NCBI GenBank assembly: GCA_002421665.1 | Contig: DISH01000004.1 | Span: 152,025-216,024, forward strand | From: Candidatus Omnitrophica bacterium UBA6215 | GTDB lineage: Bacteria > Omnitrophota > Gorgyraeia > Pluralincolimonadales > Pluralincolimonadaceae | DNA: 64,000 nucleotides | Direction of reading: 5' to 3' | Translations under genes and position numbers: made by a program | Notes under the pieces: model-generated | Told to the model about the DNA's origin: nothing | Database searches by the model: none | The model's input: only the letters and a program-made list of their open reading frames with translations | Part shown: piece after piece, positions 1-11,931 of the stretch | Numbering within the stretch: the first letter of the stretch is position 1 | Layout: each line of letters starts with the position of its first letter

Positions 1-1
1 T

Positions 2-334
2 ACCGTCACTAACCTCGGCAGCGGGGAACTCGATGCCAGGTTCGGCGTGGAATTCAGCTACTCGCTGAAAGACCCGCACCTTAACAGGATAGGCGAGGCG
101 GACGGGGTGAAGAATATATGCGTCAACGACCAGTGGTACGGGGTCAAGGTTGACCTTGGATTTTCGAAGGAAGCGTCGTTCTGGTATTTTCCGATAGAGA
201 CTGTTTCCGATTCGGAACAGGGGCTCGAGAGGACGTATCAGGAGGTCGCACTGCTGTTCCACTGGGGGCTAAAACTGGCTCCCGGCGGAAAATGGGATGT
301 AAAGATGACTAAAAACTTAAAGGTTGAGGAATAA
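2..334 (+). CDS. hypothetical protein, 3' end only (5'-partial at window edge); possibly C-terminal region of a GH57-family glycoside hydrolase
   Basis: Frame is open from the first base to TAA 332-334, so the ORF-track start at 47 is only an internal Met. FWYFPIETVS motif weakly recalls the GH57 C-terminal (DUF1926) region. Confidence 0.4.
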   Translation, partial: TVTNLGSGELDARFGVEFSYSLKDPHLNRIGEADGVKNICVNDQWYGVKVDLGFSKEASFWYFPIETVSDSEQGLERTYQEVALLFHWGLKLAPGGKWDVKMTKNLKVEE

Positions 335-335
335 A

Positions 336-623
336 ATGATAGCGGAAAAAAAGATAACGATAAAGAACAAATCGGGGCTTCACGCGAGGCCTGCCGCTGT
401 CTTCGTGCAGATCGCGAATAAATACGATTCTGAAGTCACGGTGAAAAAGGGCAAGCTGGAGGTCAACGGTAAGTCCATCATGGGCATACTCATGCTTGCC
501 GCCGGCAAGAACAGCCAGGTCACCCTGAAGATAGACGGCGGGGATGCCGAGGCTGCCATGGTCGAGCTCGAACAGGTTTTGTCAGGCGATTTGGATGCGC
601 CCGAAGCGGGTAAGGTACGTTAA
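336..623 (+). CDS. ptsH: phosphocarrier protein HPr
   Basis: MIAEKKITIKNKSGLHARPAA with the His-15 region; ATG at 336 preceded by AGGTTGAGGA RBS. The ORF-track start at 324 is a TTG translated as M. Confidence 0.9.
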   Translation: MIAEKKITIKNKSGLHARPAAVFVQIANKYDSEVTVKKGKLEVNGKSIMGILMLAAGKNSQVTLKIDGGDAEAAMVELEQVLSGDLDAPEAGKVR

Positions 624-638
624 TGCGAAAGGAAATGC

Positions 639-2375
639 ATGCTTCTTAAGGGTATTGCGGCATCGCCCGGTATCGCGATCGGTAAGGTCTTTATTTTAGA
701 CAGCGAGGCCTATACCGTAATAAAGAGGGAGATCTCGGAAAAAGACCTTCCGAGGGAGATCGCCCGCTTTGAGGATGCCCTTATCCAGACCAGGCAGGAG
801 ATACTCGGAATACAGGAACGTATCTCCGACCAGCTCGGAATAAAGCATGCCGAGATATTCAATGCCCACCTGCTTGTCCTTGAGGACAGGACCCTTATAG
901 AAGAGGTCATATCGAGGCTCAAGAAGGACCTTGTCTGTGTAGAGTATATCTTTGATGATGTCCTAAAACGCTATATGTCCGCGTTCCAGAAGGTCGAGGA
1001 CGAATACCTCAAGGAGCGCGTCGCGGATATTCGCGATATAGGAAAGAGGGTGCTAAACCACCTTCTCGGCAAGAAGCGGGAGACCCTCGCGGACATAAGC
1101 GAGAAGGTGATAGTGGTCGCTTATGACCTTTCGCCCTCCGATACCGCTTCGCTCCACAAGAAGAACGTCATAGCCTTTGCCACCGACGTCGGCGGAAAGA
1201 CATCCCATACCGCCATCATGGCCAAGGCCCTTGAGATACCTGCTGTAGTCGGCCTGAAATCCATTACCAGGAGCGTGAAGTCCGGCGATACGCTGGTAGT
1301 AGACGGTTCCAACGGTGTGGTTATACTCAACCCTGACCAGGAGACCCTTTCCAAATACGAGCAGGAGAAGACAAAATTTGCGGAAGTCGATGCGTCCCTT
1401 GTGCAGTTGCGCGACCTTCCCTGCGTTACGCCCGACGGGCGTAACATCCAGCTCGCCGCAAATATAGAGATCCCCGACGAGATAACTTCGGTAAAATCCC
1501 ACGGCGCCAACGGAATAGGCCTTTACAGGACGGAATTCTTCTACCTCGACCGCACCGATTTCCCGACGGAAGAGGAGCAGTACCAGGCCTACAGGAGCGT
1601 CGCGGAACAGATGTCGCCTAATGCAGTTATTGTCAGGACGCTGGACCTGGGAGGCGACAAATTCATGTCGCAGCTGAAAGTCCCGAAAGAGGTCAACCCT
1701 TTCATGGGCTGGCGCGCCATAAGATTTTGCCTTGCGCGTCCGGATATATTCAAGATACAACTTAGGGCCATCATGAGGGCGTCTGCCCACGGGAAGCTCA
1801 AGATAATGTACCCGATGATATCCGGGATAGAAGAGGTGCGCGAGGCCAACAAGATGCTCTCCGAAATAAAGGACGAGCTCAGGCGCGAGGGGGTGCCTTT
1901 TGACGAGAACGTCGAGGTGGGCGTAATGATAGAAGTGCCTTCCGCCGCCCTCACGGCCGATATTCTTGCGAAAGAAATAAGTTTTTTCTCGATAGGGACG
2001 AACGACCTTATCCAGTATTCGCTTGCGGTTGACAGGGTCAACGAAAAGATAGCTTACCTCTATGAACCGGCCCACCCGGCTGTCCTGCGGCTTATAAAGA
2101 ATGTCATAGAGACCGGACATAGGCAGGATATATGGGTCGGCATGTGCGGTGAGATGGCAGGCGAGCCCGCGTTTGCGCTTATCCTGCTGGGCCTGGGCCT
2201 CGATGAATTCTCTACGAGCCCGGTTAACATACCGAGGATCAAACAGATAATAAGGTCGGTCGATTACAAGACCGCGCAGAAATTGGCCGAAGAGGCCCTG
2301 GAGCTGGCTACCGGCGCCGAGGTAGAGGAGTTCGCTAATCTCAAGCTCAGGCAGTTGGTGCCCAACGTCGTATAG
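639..2375 (+). CDS. ptsI: phosphoenolpyruvate-protein phosphotransferase (PTS Enzyme I)
   Basis: 578 aa; GGKTSHTAIMAKALEIPAVVG His-phosphorylation region, PEP-utilising C-terminal domain (GTNDLIQYSLAVDR). Confidence 0.95.
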   Translation: MLLKGIAASPGIAIGKVFILDSEAYTVIKREISEKDLPREIARFEDALIQTRQEILGIQERISDQLGIKHAEIFNAHLLVLEDRTLIEEVISRLKKDLVCVEYIFDDVLKRYMSAFQKVEDEYLKERVADIRDIGKRVLNHLLGKKRETLADISEKVIVVAYDLSPSDTASLHKKNVIAFATDVGGKTSHTAIMAKALEIPAVVGLKSITRSVKSGDTLVVDGSNGVVILNPDQETLSKYEQEKTKFAEVDASLVQLRDLPCVTPDGRNIQLAANIEIPDEITSVKSHGANGIGLYRTEFFYLDRTDFPTEEEQYQAYRSVAEQMSPNAVIVRTLDLGGDKFMSQLKVPKEVNPFMGWRAIRFCLARPDIFKIQLRAIMRASAHGKLKIMYPMISGIEEVREANKMLSEIKDELRREGVPFDENVEVGVMIEVPSAALTADILAKEISFFSIGTNDLIQYSLAVDRVNEKIAYLYEPAHPAVLRLIKNVIETGHRQDIWVGMCGEMAGEPAFALILLGLGLDEFSTSPVNIPRIKQIIRSVDYKTAQKLAEEALELATGAEVEEFANLKLRQLVPNVV

Positions 2376-2383
2376 GGGAGAAG

Positions 2384-3457
2384 ATGACGATACTTGACGA
2401 TATTAACGGGATGAAGGGTGTAGATAAGTCGAACATGTTCGACTTGATAGTTAATTTTCCCGAACAGTGCGCTAGGGCATATTCGATAGGGGCGGATTTC
2501 CATGTGCCGCAGTCATACGTGGGCGCCGGATATAAGAATATAGTATTTTCAGGGCTCGGCGGATCCGCCATAGGCGCCGACCTGATGCGTTCATACCTTA
2601 TAGATGACATAAAGATACCTATATATGTAAGCAGGGACTATACGCTGCCGCGTTTTGTGGGTAAGGATACCCTGTTCCTCGCGTGCAGCTATTCGGGGGA
2701 TACCGAGGAGACCCTGTCTTCGTATGCCGAGGCAAAGGAGAAAGGCGCCAGGATAATTGTTATATCTTCAGGCGGCAAGCTCGAGGTCCTTGCCAAGGAG
2801 GACAAGATACCCGTGATATATATACCCAAGGGCCATCCGCCGAGGACGGCTTTGGGGTATTCATTCTTCAGTTGGCTGGACGTCTTTTATAAGATCGGTT
2901 TTATAAGCGACAGGGGCAAGGATGCCGAGGAAGCTATAGCCGATATGAAGGACCTCATGGACAGGGCTATAGGCCCCGGGGTTCCGGCCGACAGGAACGA
3001 GGCTAAGAAGATAGCCGGGCAGATATGCGGCAAATACGTAATAATATACGGAGCGAACAAACACCTGGATTCTGTAACGCTCAGGTGGAGGGGGCAGATA
3101 GAGGAGAATGCCAAGACGCTTGCATCGACCCACGTCTTCCCTGAGCTCAACCATAACGAGACCGTGGGCTGGGAAGGCCCGAAGGCGTTGCTTAAGGATT
3201 TTGCGGTGGTATTGCTGCGGGACGAAAGCGAGCACCCGCGCGTAACGAAAAGGATAGAGATAACCGGGGCCATGATAGGCAAAGATTCAAAGGTCATCGA
3301 GGTGCGCTCAAAAGGCAGGAACCTGCTTTCCAGGATGTTCAGCCTGATATATACCGGCGATTTCGTGAGCTATTACCTTGCCCTTCTTAACGGGATAGAC
3401 CCGACCCCCGTAGAGAGGATAGCTTCTCTCAAGAAGGAGCTGAGCAAGTTAAGATGA
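2384..3457 (+). CDS. bifunctional phosphoglucose/phosphomannose isomerase (SIS domain)
   Basis: 357 aa; SIS fold (VFSGLGGSAIGADL, LACSYSGDTEETL) and the C-terminal PGI/PMI-family domain. Confidence 0.8.
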   Translation: MTILDDINGMKGVDKSNMFDLIVNFPEQCARAYSIGADFHVPQSYVGAGYKNIVFSGLGGSAIGADLMRSYLIDDIKIPIYVSRDYTLPRFVGKDTLFLACSYSGDTEETLSSYAEAKEKGARIIVISSGGKLEVLAKEDKIPVIYIPKGHPPRTALGYSFFSWLDVFYKIGFISDRGKDAEEAIADMKDLMDRAIGPGVPADRNEAKKIAGQICGKYVIIYGANKHLDSVTLRWRGQIEENAKTLASTHVFPELNHNETVGWEGPKALLKDFAVVLLRDESEHPRVTKRIEITGAMIGKDSKVIEVRSKGRNLLSRMFSLIYTGDFVSYYLALLNGIDPTPVERIASLKKELSKLR

Positions 3458-4197
3458 AAGCGCTTATACTCGCCGCCGGATACGCTACAAGGCTGTATCC
3501 TCTTACAAAAGACAGGCCGAAGCCGCTGCTTCTGGTCGGCAAGAAGACCATAATGGATTATCTTATCCAGAAACTCGAGAATATCCCCGAGATAGATACG
3601 ATACACATCGTTACCAACGAGAAATTCTACGGGGTTTTTGAATGCTGGCTCAAGACCTGCAAATCAAAAAAGAAGATAGTCATAGATAACGACGGCAGTA
3701 CTACCAACGACAACAGGCTCGGGGCTATAGGCGACATAAAACTTGTCCTCGATAAGAGGCAGTTATTCGACGATATGGTAGTCCTCGCCGGGGACAACAT
3801 GTTTGATTGGGAGCTCAAGGCCTTTACCGATTTTGCGAAAGAGAAACCGGGTTCTTTTGCTTTGGGCGCTTACGATATAGGCGATAAGTCCAAGGCCGCG
3901 AATACCTACGGTGTCGTAAAGGTCGACGTGAACGGCGATCTGGAGGATTTTCTTGAGAAACCCAGCGACCCTCCGACGTCGCTTATCGCTACCGGCATTT
4001 ATTATTTCCCGCAGGATAAATTGAGCCTTATAGCGCAGTACCTTAAATTCGGGAACGAAAAAGACGCACCGGGACATTTTATACAATGGACAAGCAAGGA
4101 TAACGAGGTCAGGTGTTATGTTTTCAGGGGAATATGGTATGACATCGGGGACCTCGAGTCTTACAGGAAAGCTAATCTGGCTTTCCAGGACAAATAG
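3454..4197 (+). CDS. sugar-phosphate nucleotidyltransferase (NTP_transferase family)
   Basis: N-terminal [25 protein letters not shown] signature G-loop; 4 bp overlap with the upstream gene. Confidence 0.8.
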   Translation: MKALILAAGYATRLYPLTKDRPKPLLLVGKKTIMDYLIQKLENIPEIDTIHIVTNEKFYGVFECWLKTCKSKKKIVIDNDGSTTNDNRLGAIGDIKLVLDKRQLFDDMVVLAGDNMFDWELKAFTDFAKEKPGSFALGAYDIGDKSKAANTYGVVKVDVNGDLEDFLEKPSDPPTSLIATGIYYFPQDKLSLIAQYLKFGNEKDAPGHFIQWTSKDNEVRCYVFRGIWYDIGDLESYRKANLAFQDK

Positions 4198-4205
4198 GAG
4201 AAAAG

Positions 4206-6613
<2,408 letters not shown>

Positions 6614-6628
6614 AACAAGGAGAAGAAG

Positions 6629-7555
6629 ATGGCGTTCATATCATCGAAACCGCTCTTCCAGAAGGCATATAAGGAAGGTTATGCGGTAGGAGCTTTCAAT
6701 ATTAACGACATGGAGATCCTCCAGGGTATAACGGAGGCTATAGCCGAGGAGAAAGCCCCGGTAATATTACAGGTGTCCGCTGGCGCTCGTAAATATGCCC
6801 GCCACCAGTACCTGATACACCTGGTCCAGGCCGCGATGGAGTGCACCGGTATAGACTGCGTCCTGCATCTTGACCACGGCGAGGACTTCGAGGTCTGCAA
6901 GGCCTGCGTCGACGGTGGTTTTTCGTCGGTCATGATCGACGGCTCGAAACATTCCTTCGAGGACAATATAAAGCTTACAAAGCAGGTTGTAGATTACGCT
7001 CATGCGAAGAACGTGCCTGTCGAGGCCGAACTCGGTAAACTTGCCGGTGTCGAGGACAATATCTCGGTTGCCGATAAGGATGCTATATATACCGATCCGG
7101 ACCAGGCGGTGGAATTTGTCAAGAAGACCGGATGCGATTCGCTGGCCGTTGCCATCGGCACGAGCCACGGCGCTTACAAGTTCAAGGGCGAGCCGAAGCT
7201 CGATTTCGAGCGTCTCGAGAAGATCAAGAACCTCCTTCCCGGGTTCCCGCTCGTGCTCCACGGCGCGTCATCGGCCCCGGCCGACCTCGTGAAGGTCTGC
7301 AACGATTACGGCGCGAAGATACCCGGAGCCAGGGGTGTCCCGGAAGAGATGATATCCAAGGCGACCAAGATGGGCGTTTGCAAGGTCAACATAGACACCG
7401 ACCTTCGCCTGGCAATGACCGGCGCCATAAGGAAAGTATTCGTGGAGAGCCCCGCTGAATTCGACCCGAGGAAATACCTGGGTCCCGCGCGCGATGCCAT
7501 CAAGCAGGTTGTTAAGAGGAAGATAGGGTTCCTCGGCTGCGCCGGCAAAGCTTAG
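6629..7555 (+). CDS. fba: class II fructose-bisphosphate aldolase
   Basis: 308 aa; YAVGAFNINDME, LHLDHG, GTSHGAYKF motifs. Confidence 0.92.
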   Translation: MAFISSKPLFQKAYKEGYAVGAFNINDMEILQGITEAIAEEKAPVILQVSAGARKYARHQYLIHLVQAAMECTGIDCVLHLDHGEDFEVCKACVDGGFSSVMIDGSKHSFEDNIKLTKQVVDYAHAKNVPVEAELGKLAGVEDNISVADKDAIYTDPDQAVEFVKKTGCDSLAVAIGTSHGAYKFKGEPKLDFERLEKIKNLLPGFPLVLHGASSAPADLVKVCNDYGAKIPGARGVPEEMISKATKMGVCKVNIDTDLRLAMTGAIRKVFVESPAEFDPRKYLGPARDAIKQVVKRKIGFLGCAGKA

Positions 7556-7594
7556 GGGACGTGCCACTTTGGGACGTGTCAAAAAGGGACACTC
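7555..7594 (+). repeat. REP-like 40 bp element, left copy flanking the RAYT gene
   Basis: GGGGACGTGCCACTTTGGGACGTGTCAAAAAGGGACACTC. Its reverse complement recurs at 8255-8294 with one mismatch, and related copies lie at 42619-42658 and 49764-49823. Confidence 0.85.
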
Positions 7595-7615
7595 CGCAAA
7601 GAAATAGCTGAAAGA

Positions 7616-7657
7616 AAATCCCTCTTTTTTACGTCTATACGTAAAGAGGAGGGATTT
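7616..7657 (+). promoter_or_regulatory. imperfect hairpin (AAATCCCTCTTTTTTACG / CGTAAAGAGGAGGGATTT) containing the RAYT RBS
   Basis: Inverted repeat read directly from the sequence; the AGGAGG lies in the 3' arm immediately upstream of ATG 7661. Confidence 0.5.
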
Positions 7658-7660
7658 TTT

Positions 7661-8251
7661 ATGCCCAGGATAAAACGCGATATAGTAGACGGAGGTATCT
7701 ATCATATTCTAAACAGGGGTCATAATAAAGATAAAATATTTGCCGCCCCGGAAGATTACAATACGTTTAAGAAGATAATCGAAAGATATAAGGAAAGATT
7801 CTTCTTCGATCTTTATCATTATTGTATTATGCCTAATCATTTTCATCTCTTAATAAAAATAGCAAATGCTGAAGACATGTCCCGTTTGATGAAAGGGGTC
7901 TGCCAGAGCTACGCGAATTATTATAAAATGAAGTATGAACACATAGGCTATCTGTTCCAAAACAGGTATAAGAGTATTTTAATCGATGACGATTCGTACC
8001 TGCTTGAGTGTGCGAGGTATATTGAGAGAAACCCTGTGAGGGCTGAAATCGTTGAGATAATTTCAGATTACCGGTGGTCGAGTTACAATTATTATGCCAG
8101 CGGGTTTTGCGACAGCCTGATCACTGCTGATCCGTTATTTGGGACATTAGCTGATTCTACGACCACAAGAAGAAGCTCTTATGTTGAGTATGTATCAAAG
8201 CCCAGGCCTTACGAGGCGATTGTTGATGAGAAATTATCTTCTTTTAAATAG
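7661..8251 (+). CDS. REP-associated tyrosine transposase (RAYT; IS200/IS605-type Y1 HuH transposase)
   Basis: 196 aa; GIYHILNRGHN start, HuH motif PNHFHLLIK, C-terminal Tyr-rich region (YRWSSYNYY); flanked by inverted REP copies. Confidence 0.85.
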   Translation: MPRIKRDIVDGGIYHILNRGHNKDKIFAAPEDYNTFKKIIERYKERFFFDLYHYCIMPNHFHLLIKIANAEDMSRLMKGVCQSYANYYKMKYEHIGYLFQNRYKSILIDDDSYLLECARYIERNPVRAEIVEIISDYRWSSYNYYASGFCDSLITADPLFGTLADSTTTRRSSYVEYVSKPRPYEAIVDEKLSSFK

Positions 8252-8254
8252 TAG

Positions 8255-8294
8255 AGTGTCCCTTTTTGACACGTCCCAAAGTGACACGTCCCCT
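8255..8294 (-). repeat. REP-like 40 bp element, right copy in inverted orientation
   Basis: GAGTGTCCCTTTTTGACACGTCCCAAAGTGACACGTCCCC is the reverse complement of 7555-7594 with one mismatch; it abuts the lptG stop codon. Confidence 0.85.
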
Positions 8295-9384
8295 AGCTTC
8301 TGATTTTAGAGAGAAGGTGGATGCCGAGGGCTGCGAATGCAATATTAGCAGCCCAGGCTGCTATTAAGGGGGGCAGGAGGCCGCCTTTTCCGAGGGCGAG
8401 GGATACGGCGTTGGCCCCATAGAATACCACGGCTATGATCAGCGCGATGCCCATACTTGCCATCGCTTTGGACCTCGTTCTCTTGAGGGCGAAGGGGATG
8501 CCTATGAGCATAATGACCACGCTCGTGAAAGGTGCGGCAAGCTTGTAATGCAGGTCTACCAGGAGCTTCCTGGCCGTGGACTTGCTCTCAAGCGAAAGCA
8601 AATGTATGTAATCCCTCAACTGGGCATAATCCATAAAATCAGGCTGGGTCTGTTTCTTGAGAAGGCTCTCCGGGGTCTCATTGAAATCTATTAGCTTCGG
8701 GGTCCTGAATACCGCCGGCTTGCCGAGGACGTTTCCTTCCTTATCGAACCTGAAAGAATCCGCGCCGTAAAACCTCCACTCATTCCCGGTCCATTCCATG
8801 CGCTCGGCCGTGATCTTTCTCTTGAGGACCTGGTTGTTCGAGTGGACGAGTATGACGACGTCCTTCAGCGTTTTGGTCTTAAGATCGAACTCCCTGGCGT
8901 AGAAGAGCTTTCCGTCCCTGCCAAAGACCGTTATGTTATCGAGCCTATCCCCGCGTTCCGCGCGGTTCCTGTCGAAATACAGCTCCTTTACGGTATTGGC
9001 TGTAACAGCCGAATCAGGGACGACCTTGTCGTTGACAATGAACACGGCCAGGCTTATTGCGCAGCCGATCAGGAGAACGGGGCTGATTATCCTTATGGTA
9101 TTGATGCCGCCGGCCCTGAGCGCGATTATCTCGTTATGCCGGTTCAGGTTCGAGAAGAGGAATACGCATGCGAGAAGGACCGCGAACGGCGTAGTCTGGA
9201 CGAATATGAATGGCAGCGAGGCCAGATAGTAGGTCCGGACTATCTTAAAAGGTATATTCTGTTTTACCAGCGCGTCGAGGTGGCCAAGCAGGTCGCCTAT
9301 GATATAAAGGAACAGGAAGACGAACAGGCAGTAGAGGAACGGCCAGATGAAGCCCCTGGTTATATATTTGTCTATTATCTTCAT
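8293..9384 (-). CDS. lptG: LPS export ABC permease LptG (YjgP/YjgQ family)
   Basis: 363 aa, six-TM LptF/LptG architecture with a periplasmic beta-jellyroll insert; 4 bp overlap with the upstream paralog. Confidence 0.8.
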   Translation of the reverse strand: MKIIDKYITRGFIWPFLYCLFVFLFLYIIGDLLGHLDALVKQNIPFKIVRTYYLASLPFIFVQTTPFAVLLACVFLFSNLNRHNEIIALRAGGINTIRIISPVLLIGCAISLAVFIVNDKVVPDSAVTANTVKELYFDRNRAERGDRLDNITVFGRDGKLFYAREFDLKTKTLKDVVILVHSNNQVLKRKITAERMEWTGNEWRFYGADSFRFDKEGNVLGKPAVFRTPKLIDFNETPESLLKKQTQPDFMDYAQLRDYIHLLSLESKSTARKLLVDLHYKLAAPFTSVVIMLIGIPFALKRTRSKAMASMGIALIIAVVFYGANAVSLALGKGGLLPPLIAAWAANIAFAALGIHLLSKIRS

Positions 9385-10472
9385 TGTTCAGCCATCCAGA
9401 ATATCATAACCGGACCTATTACACCGAAGACTATATTCGGCAGCCACATCCCCAGGGCCGGGATCATTACGCCCTTGATCGCGAGCGCTTCACCGGCGAG
9501 CTGCAGAAGGTAGAATGCCGCTATGACGAAAACGCTGAGGACGAAACCTATCGATTTTTCGCCTCTCTTGGCCATGAGGGCAAGGGGGATGCCTATGAGT
9601 ATGAATATCAGCGAAGAGAACGAATACGATATCTTCTTGTGTATCTCGATAAGAAGCGGGGTGATATTGACCCCCTCGGCCTTGAGTTTCTTGATCTCCT
9701 GTGAAAGCTCGTCAATGGACATGTCGGATTTCTTCTTATCGAAATCGAGGTTGCGGCCTTCCCTTAGGTCGAGGGTCATGAAGTAGGTCTTGAAGTTAAG
9801 CTTGTAGAAATTGCTCGGGTCCTTGGGGTTCGGCTCGTCCACGGTCCCGTTGATCAATTTAAGCCGGACCGCGTCGCGTTCCTTAATATATTCGATCTCG
9901 CCTTTTTGCGCGATTATGGTGCGCGTCGGACGTCCTTCCTGCGGCTGGTAGATCCTTATATTTGTGAGCTTGTTCTTGTCTATGCCGTATATGAAGACTA
10001 TATAGCCTTTGAATGCTTTGATGAAAGTCCCTGCCTCGAGGTAAGCAGTAGGGTTCTTGGCGCCTATTTGGGCGATCAGTTTCCTCGTCTCGAAACGCAG
10101 GCGGGGCAGTATCCAGTCGTTGAGCTCGTAGGAGATAAGACTTATCACAAGGCCGAGCATAATGAGCGGAAAGACGAGTTTGTAAAGGCTTATCCCGCTG
10201 GCGCGCATGGCGATGATCTCGTTGTCCGAGGAGAGCCGTCCGAAGGTCAGGAGGGTAGCGGTGAGGACGGATATAGGCACCGTGAAAGTGAAGAGCCACG
10301 GGAGCATATAGAAGAAGAGCTTGCCTACCGAAAGAAGGTCTACTCCCTTGTTCACCACGAGATCGGCGAGCTTTATCATGTTGCCGGCCATAAAAGCGAA
10401 GGTCGTAACGACGAAAGCAAAAAGAAAAGGGCCCGCGAGCTCCTTGAGTATATATCTTCTTAATATCTTCAT
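9381..10472 (-). CDS. lptF: LPS export ABC permease LptF (YjgP/YjgQ family)
   Basis: 363 aa paralog of the previous gene, in the usual tandem order. Confidence 0.8.
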   Translation of the reverse strand: MKILRRYILKELAGPFLFAFVVTTFAFMAGNMIKLADLVVNKGVDLLSVGKLFFYMLPWLFTFTVPISVLTATLLTFGRLSSDNEIIAMRASGISLYKLVFPLIMLGLVISLISYELNDWILPRLRFETRKLIAQIGAKNPTAYLEAGTFIKAFKGYIVFIYGIDKNKLTNIRIYQPQEGRPTRTIIAQKGEIEYIKERDAVRLKLINGTVDEPNPKDPSNFYKLNFKTYFMTLDLREGRNLDFDKKKSDMSIDELSQEIKKLKAEGVNITPLLIEIHKKISYSFSSLIFILIGIPLALMAKRGEKSIGFVLSVFVIAAFYLLQLAGEALAIKGVMIPALGMWLPNIVFGVIGPVMIFWMAEQ

Positions 10473-10473
10473 G

Positions 10474-11205
10474 TCAAATGCCCCTGGCGAGGGTATACGC
10501 GAATACTTTTTTAGCGCCGGCCGATTTTATCGCTTTGGCGCATTCATGGAGGGTGGCGCCCGTTGTCATGACATCGTCAACGAGCAGGACGCTCTTGTCC
10601 TTGAAATCAGAATCGCGCCTTACGAGGAAAGCCCCTTTGATGTTCCTGAGGCGCTGTTCCCTGGAGAGACCGGCCTGCGCAGGCGTATATTTTATCCTTT
10701 TTATCCAGTCGTTCTCGAGTTTCTTGTTGAACCTTTTCGCAATATGTCCCGCGATAAGCTCTGATTGGTTGAACTGCCTTTCGCGCAGCTTGACGGGATG
10801 CAGCGGGACAGGAACAAGCAGGTCTATGTCATCGATCCTAAGGTTCCTGGCGGCATATTCGGACATAAGGTTCCCGAGAGGCTTGGAAAGGTCATGTTTG
10901 CCGTCGTATTTGAGCAGGCAGATGCATCTTTTAACGATATCCTCATATCCGGCAACATGGTATGCGGCATCGAAGGCGAGACCCCTTTCGGCATAGCTCC
11001 AATGGGGCGTCTCGACGTATCTCATTATCCTGTCATGGCATGGGCCGCATAACCTCGCAGGTTTGACCTCGCGTATCCTGTTACTGCATATTAGGCAGTC
11101 CTGCGGATACAGGAGGTTAAGCAGCGTAAGACAAAAGTTGCCGGTCGAACCTAAAATTGTCCTTAACATTGGGTATAAAATAGCACAATATCGACGGGGT
11201 GTCAA
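10474..11205 (-). CDS. comF: ComF family protein (phosphoribosyltransferase domain)
   Basis: N-terminal Cys4 zinc finger (CLICSN...CGPC) and PRTase motif VLLVDDVMTTGATL. Confidence 0.8.
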   Translation of the reverse strand: MTPRRYCAILYPMLRTILGSTGNFCLTLLNLLYPQDCLICSNRIREVKPARLCGPCHDRIMRYVETPHWSYAERGLAFDAAYHVAGYEDIVKRCICLLKYDGKHDLSKPLGNLMSEYAARNLRIDDIDLLVPVPLHPVKLRERQFNQSELIAGHIAKRFNKKLENDWIKRIKYTPAQAGLSREQRLRNIKGAFLVRRDSDFKDKSVLLVDDVMTTGATLHECAKAIKSAGAKKVFAYTLARGI

Positions 11206-11259
11206 TTGACTTCAAAGCGTACGGGGGATATAATAACCTAAAGGGACAGGAGGGCTAAG

Positions 11260-11931
11260 ATGAGAGAAGTCATGTTCAGGAGAAGGAATTATTTCGTGAA
11301 CCCGGGCCTCCAGCTGCGTTACATGGCAGTCCTGGTGTTGTGTATGGTATTGGCCTCTTTTTTGACCGGTTTCCTGATGTATTTCGGCATATGGGGTGCC
11401 GTGATACCGGAGTTCTCGGAGCCTAAAATTGCCGAGAAGCTTGAGATAGCTTCCAGGCTCAGGGATTACGACAATGCCAGGATGGGCGTAACCTCCGAAC
11501 AGGCCCCGTTGTCATTTTTCAAGGAAGCGCGCCTCCTGAGCGCCCACGAGCAGCAGACGGTCTCCTATATACTCGACAGGACGAATCAGCACCTGGCCCC
11601 AAGGATCGTTGTGATAATATTGGTTATAGGCGCGGCGAGCGTATTCATCTCGCACAAGATAGCCGGGCCTATGGTGCGAATAGAGAAGTCCCTCAACAGC
11701 ATGGCCAACGGGGACCTGACATCTAATTTCGGTCTTAGGAGGGGCGATGAGATGAAGAGCCTTTCCGGGATGCTCGATAACATGGCCGGGATATTCAGGC
11801 GCAAGATAGAAGATTCCGTCCATTCGCTGGATGAGATCATAAAGGATGCCGACAAGTTTTCACCCGATCAGGTCAAGGCAAAAGCGGAAGAGGCAAGGAA
11901 ATATCTGCTGTATTTCAAGACAGGAGCATGA
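11260..11931 (+). CDS. HAMP domain-containing membrane protein
   Basis: 223 aa; two TM segments plus a HAMP-like segment (IAGPMVRIEKSLNSMANGDLTSNFG). Confidence 0.55.
   Translation: MREVMFRRRNYFVNPGLQLRYMAVLVLCMVLASFLTGFLMYFGIWGAVIPEFSEPKIAEKLEIASRLRDYDNARMGVTSEQAPLSFFKEARLLSAHEQQTVSYILDRTNQHLAPRIVVIILVIGAASVFISHKIAGPMVRIEKSLNSMANGDLTSNFGLRRGDEMKSLSGMLDNMAGIFRRKIEDSVHSLDEIIKDADKFSPDQVKAKAEEARKYLLYFKTGA

Noticed and set aside
1053-2120. Long minus-strand ORF (355 aa) antisense to ptsI, with nested ORFs 1121-1510 and 1589-2041
   Set aside because: It overlaps a strongly supported ptsI gene completely. The Arg/Gly/Pro-rich translation is typical of antisense frames in GC-rich coding DNA, and it has no RBS or motif.
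8842-9513. Plus-strand 223-aa ORF spanning the lptG/lptF junction
   Set aside because: It is antisense to two well-supported permease genes, has no motif, and its composition is consistent with a shadow ORF.
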